From positions 1,376,001 to 1,440,000 of the forward strand of contig CAVQEQ010000004.1 in NCBI GenBank assembly GCA_963711565.1: a DNA stretch of 64,000 nucleotides, read 5' to 3'. A program made the position numbers and the translations under genes. Below are positions 60,941 through 64,000 of this stretch, piece by piece. Each line of letters opens with the position of its first letter. The stretch's first letter is position 1. Source of the DNA: an uncultured delta proteobacterium (GTDB taxonomy: Bacteria > Desulfobacterota > Binatia > Binatales > Binataceae). The notes beneath the pieces were generated by a model. It saw only the letters and a list, made by a program, of their open reading frames with translations. It was not told where the DNA came from and made no database searches.

Positions 60941-62443
60941 CTCTTCGCCGCAACTTCGAATTCGCGCGCGGCCTGGAGCGCCCGCACCATCGCGCGAGCC
61001 TTGTTCACCGACTCATCGAATTCCGCGCCGGGGTCCGAGTCGGCGACGACGCCACCGCCGGCCTGGATGTAAACGCGATTGCCCTTTATGAGCAGCGTGC
61101 GCAGCGCGATCGCCGTGTCGGTGTTGCCGGTGTAACTGAAATAGCCGACGGCGCCGGCGTACACGCCACGCCGAACACTCTTCGAGCTCGTCGATAATTT
61201 CCATGGCGCGGATTTTCGGCGCGCCGGAGACGGTACCTTGCGGAAAGGTCGCCGCAAAAGCGTCGAACGCGTCGCATCCTTCGCGCAGCATGCCGGTGAT
61301 GTTCGACACGATGTGCATGACGTGCGAATAGCGCTCGACGACCATCAGCTCGGTCACGTTCACCGAGCCAATTTCAGAGACGCGGCCAACGTCGTTGCGC
61401 CCGAGGTCGACGAGCATCACATGCTCCGCGCGTTCTTTGGGATCGGCAAGCAGCTCGGCTTCGAGTTCGCGATCCTCGGCTTCGGTCACGCCGCGCCGGC
61501 GAGTGCCCGCGATCGGCCTCAGCGTGATCTCGCGGCCCTCGACGCGCACCATCACCTCGGGCGAGGCGCCGACCAGCGTCTGCTCGCCGAGGCGCAGGTA
61601 GAACATGTACGGCGACGGGTTAATCGTGCGCAGGCTGCGGTAGATGTTGAACGGATGCGCAGTCAGAGGCGCCTCGAAGCGCTGCGACGGCACCACCTGG
61701 ATAACGTCGCCGGCCGCGATGTATTCCTTCGCCGCGGAAACCATCGCCATGTAGCCTTCGCGCGTCATGTTCGAAGAGATAGACGCGTCGTTGATCGCGA
61801 CGTTGCTCGCGCCTTCGAGAGACGGCGGCACGGCGGGACGTTTGAGTCGTTCGATGATCTCGTCGATCTTAACGCGCGCACTTTGGTAGGCCATTTTGGT
61901 CGAGGCGAACTCCTCGATCGGCACGTTGGCGATAATTTTGAGCGTCTGGCGAACGTTGTCGAAACAAAGCACCGTGTCGGTGAACATCAGGTGGAAATCG
62001 GGCGTGCCGAGGTCGTCAACCGCGGTCTCGGGAATCTTCTCGAAGCATCGCACGATGTCGTAAGCGAGAAATCCGACGGCGCCGCCGAAGAAGCGCGGCA
62101 GGTTGGGCAGCTCGGGCGAGCGGAAGCGCTTGACCTCGGCGCGCAATTCTTCGAACGAGTTGGCGGCGGAGCGAACCTCGACGCCGCGGCCGGGGCGGAC
62201 GATGTCCATGCGGTTCTTGCGCGCGCGCATCACGAGGAAAGGATCGGAGCCGAGGAAAGTGTAGCGGCCCCATTTCTCGCCGCCGCGGACGCTTTCGAGC
62301 AGGAAGGCGTAGTCGCCGCGCGCGATTTTGAGAAAGGCGGAGACAGGAGTCTCGAGGTCCGCGGCGACCTCCTCGAAGACCGGGATGAGGTTGAATCCCT
62401 TCGCCGCCAGTTGATCGAATTCGTTTTCGCTCGGTTGCAACAT
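60937..62443 (-). CDS. trpE: Anthranilate synthase component I (one extra base at ~61181)
   Basis: [45 protein letters not shown]; RGVYAG, IALRT, QAGGGVV continue in the shifted frame. Confidence 0.95.
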
Positions 62444-62482
62444 CTCGTTTCCTCTCTCTTACTTCCGACTCCACCGCTCGCC

Positions 62483-62518
62483 AAAAAGAAAAGGGCCGCA
62501 GGTTCTGCCTGCGGCCCT
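62483..62518 (-). terminator. trp attenuator intrinsic terminator
   Basis: 11-bp stem AGGGCCGCAGG-CAGAA-CCTGCGGCCCT followed by TTTCTTTTT, 40 nt upstream of trpE. Confidence 0.9.
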
Positions 62519-62543
62519 ATTGGGAAATCGGTTTTGCGATGAA

Positions 62544-62624
62544 TTACAAAGCCGGCGCGCAGGCGGGTGCATCGAGGTGCCAACGCCACCATCCCGCGCA
62601 AACATTTCGGCCCGTGAGGTCCAT
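62544..62624 (-). CDS. trpL: trp operon leader peptide MDLTGRNVCAGWWRWHLDAPACAPAL
   Basis: 26-aa ORF with WWRW; contains GCCTGCG complementary to the terminator 5' arm (antiterminator). Confidence 0.85.
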   Translation of the reverse strand: MDLTGRNVCAGWWRWHLDAPACAPAL

Positions 62625-62633
62625 CTTGGGTTA

Positions 62634-62662
62634 ATGATCCATGCGAGGCGGGCGATTGTCAA
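62634..62662 (-). promoter_or_regulatory. Candidate sigma70 promoter of the trp operon
   Basis: TTGACA-N17-GATCAT ending 9 nt before the leader ATG. Confidence 0.5.
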
Positions 62663-62718
62663 CCGGGTGTGTTGACGGAATGAATTTCCATTGCATCGAC
62701 GGAATAAATTCCGTCCTA

Positions 62719-63390
62719 CTAGTGCGAAGTCGTGTAGGCCTGCTTGTATTGCTCGCGGAGGCGGTCTTGCGCGGCGGTCGCTTCGTCGGCGCTGGCGTAG
62801 GGGCCGATGCGGACGCGGTACCAGGTCTCGCCGTTAAGCGCGACTTTCGTTTCCTGCGCGTTGTAGCCGAGCGCCTTCAGCCGCGAGACCATCTCGTCCG
62901 CCCCGCTCTTGTCCATCACGGCTTCTATCTGAATGTTGTACGGCTTCGCGCCGGGAGGAAGAGCGCGCGGCGGCGCTGCGGGAGCCGAGGCAGTGTCAGA
63001 ATCGTCATCGGTATCTTCGTCAGATGAAGGCGGACTGACCGCGGGCGCTTCGGGCGGTTTCATGCGCGCGACGGTGGCAGGCGACGTGCGCGCAGCTGGG
63101 GGTACCTCGCCGATGGCGGGCTCGCTCGGTCTGACCGGCGCGGGCGGCGGAACTGACGCAGACTCAGCCGATGGTGAAGCGACCGCCGCGGAAGACATCT
63201 CGGATACGGGCGGGGGCTTTTCGGGTGGATTCGGCAGCGGGTAGACCGACGAGATTTGATTCAGGTCGGGTTGGTTCTGCCGGGCCATCTCGTAGCCCCC
63301 GACCAATCCCAGCAAGAACACCGCGCCCGACAGCCCGACCAGGCCGAGCAAAATTAGAAAGCCGCCGCCCGCCTTGATTTCGAATCGCAT
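62719..63390 (-). CDS. SPOR domain protein
   Basis: N-terminal TM, Pro-rich linker, YNIQI..WYRVRIGPY; follows argS. Confidence 0.88.
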   Translation of the reverse strand: MRFEIKAGGGFLILLGLVGLSGAVFLLGLVGGYEMARQNQPDLNQISSVYPLPNPPEKPPPVSEMSSAAVASPSAESASVPPPAPVRPSEPAIGEVPPAARTSPATVARMKPPEAPAVSPPSSDEDTDDDSDTASAPAAPPRALPPGAKPYNIQIEAVMDKSGADEMVSRLKALGYNAQETKVALNGETWYRVRIGPYASADEATAAQDRLREQYKQAYTTSH

Positions 63391-63397
63391 CCCGCCC

Positions 63398-64000
63398 TCA
63401 CATCCGCTCTGGAGCGCTCACGCCGAGCAACTCGAGTCCGCCCGCAATCGCATCTCTAAGAATCCGCGCCATGTACATCCGCGCCAAACTGAGCTCGCGA
63501 TCCGGTCCGATTATACGATTCGCGGGCTTGTTGTAGTAGCGATGGAACTCACCCGCCAGGTCGAGCAGATAGAAGGGAATCCGATGGGGTTCGAGCGCCT
63601 CGGCCGCCGCGGACATGACGTCGGGGAGCGCAATCGCACGCTTGGCGAGATAGAGTTCCTCGGCCCCGAGCAGATTTAGATCGATCGCCGACGTGTCCGC
63701 GGGCAACGCCAGCTCTTTCGCCGCGCCCTCGCGAAAAATGCTCGCCAGGCGCGCGTGCGCGTACTGCACGTAGAAGACGGGATTCTCGGGTGCCTGCTTC
63801 TTTGCCAGCTCGAGATCGAAATCGAGCTGGCTGTCGGACTTGCGGAACAGAAAGAAAAATCGCACAACGTCGGCGCCGACCTCGTCGATCAACTCGTCGA
63901 GCGTGACGTAGGTCGCCTTGCGCGTGGACATTTTAACTTTTTCACCAGCGCGCGTGAGCGTGACGAACTGGTAAATGATCGCACGGAATGGAGTGATGTC
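63398..64000 (-). CDS. argS: Arginyl-tRNA synthetase (5' part outside window)
   Basis: KMSTR, DVVRFFFL, LDFDL, NPVFYVQYAHAR, FHRYY, LLGVSAPERM. Confidence 0.96.
   Translation of the reverse strand, partial: DITPFRAIIYQFVTLTRAGEKVKMSTRKATYVTLDELIDEVGADVVRFFFLFRKSDSQLDFDLELAKKQAPENPVFYVQYAHARLASIFREGAAKELALPADTSAIDLNLLGAEELYLAKRAIALPDVMSAAAEALEPHRIPFYLLDLAGEFHRYYNKPANRIIGPDRELSLARMYMARILRDAIAGGLELLGVSAPERM

Noticed and set aside
62674-62715. GACGGAAT direct and inverted repeats
   Set aside because: Most simply a hairpin ending the SPOR transcript; too short for CRISPR or an operator call

Overview
High-GC bacterial chromosomal window, mostly core metabolism. The gene complement resembles Binatota/deltaproteobacteria-like diderms (inference only). 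Core genes: NtrC-like regulator, thiE/thiD, an NAD-dependent Mo-formate dehydrogenase operon (fdsG-fdsB-fdsA-fdhD, with FdsD fused in frame to FdsA) divergent from a NarM-family gene, rlmE, uvrD/pcrA, an L,D-transpeptidase, a GT-C/DegT/Uxs sugar cluster, acpS, a GldAFG-like ABC system, polA, an ECF sigma/anti-sigma pair, lptD-folC-accD, the full trpEGDCFBA operon with a WWRW leader-peptide attenuator, SPOR and partial argS. Small accessory inserts: a C5-MTase/KpnI-like HNH/Vsr restriction-modification cassette, a ParE/RHH toxin-antitoxin pair, an orphan AbrB antitoxin, a solo Nmad3 gene and two small Cys-rich secreted proteins, one lying between two diverged copies of the accD 3' end. The ORF track missed a GLIC/ELIC-type pentameric ligand-gated ion channel at the left edge and the trp leader peptide. 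Four single-base frameshifts and about 8 G>A changes at conserved residues cluster at palindromic hexamers (GACGTC, GCCGGC, CTCGAG), most likely methylation-linked long-read consensus errors. No rRNA, tRNA, CRISPR array, transposase or integrase was recognised.
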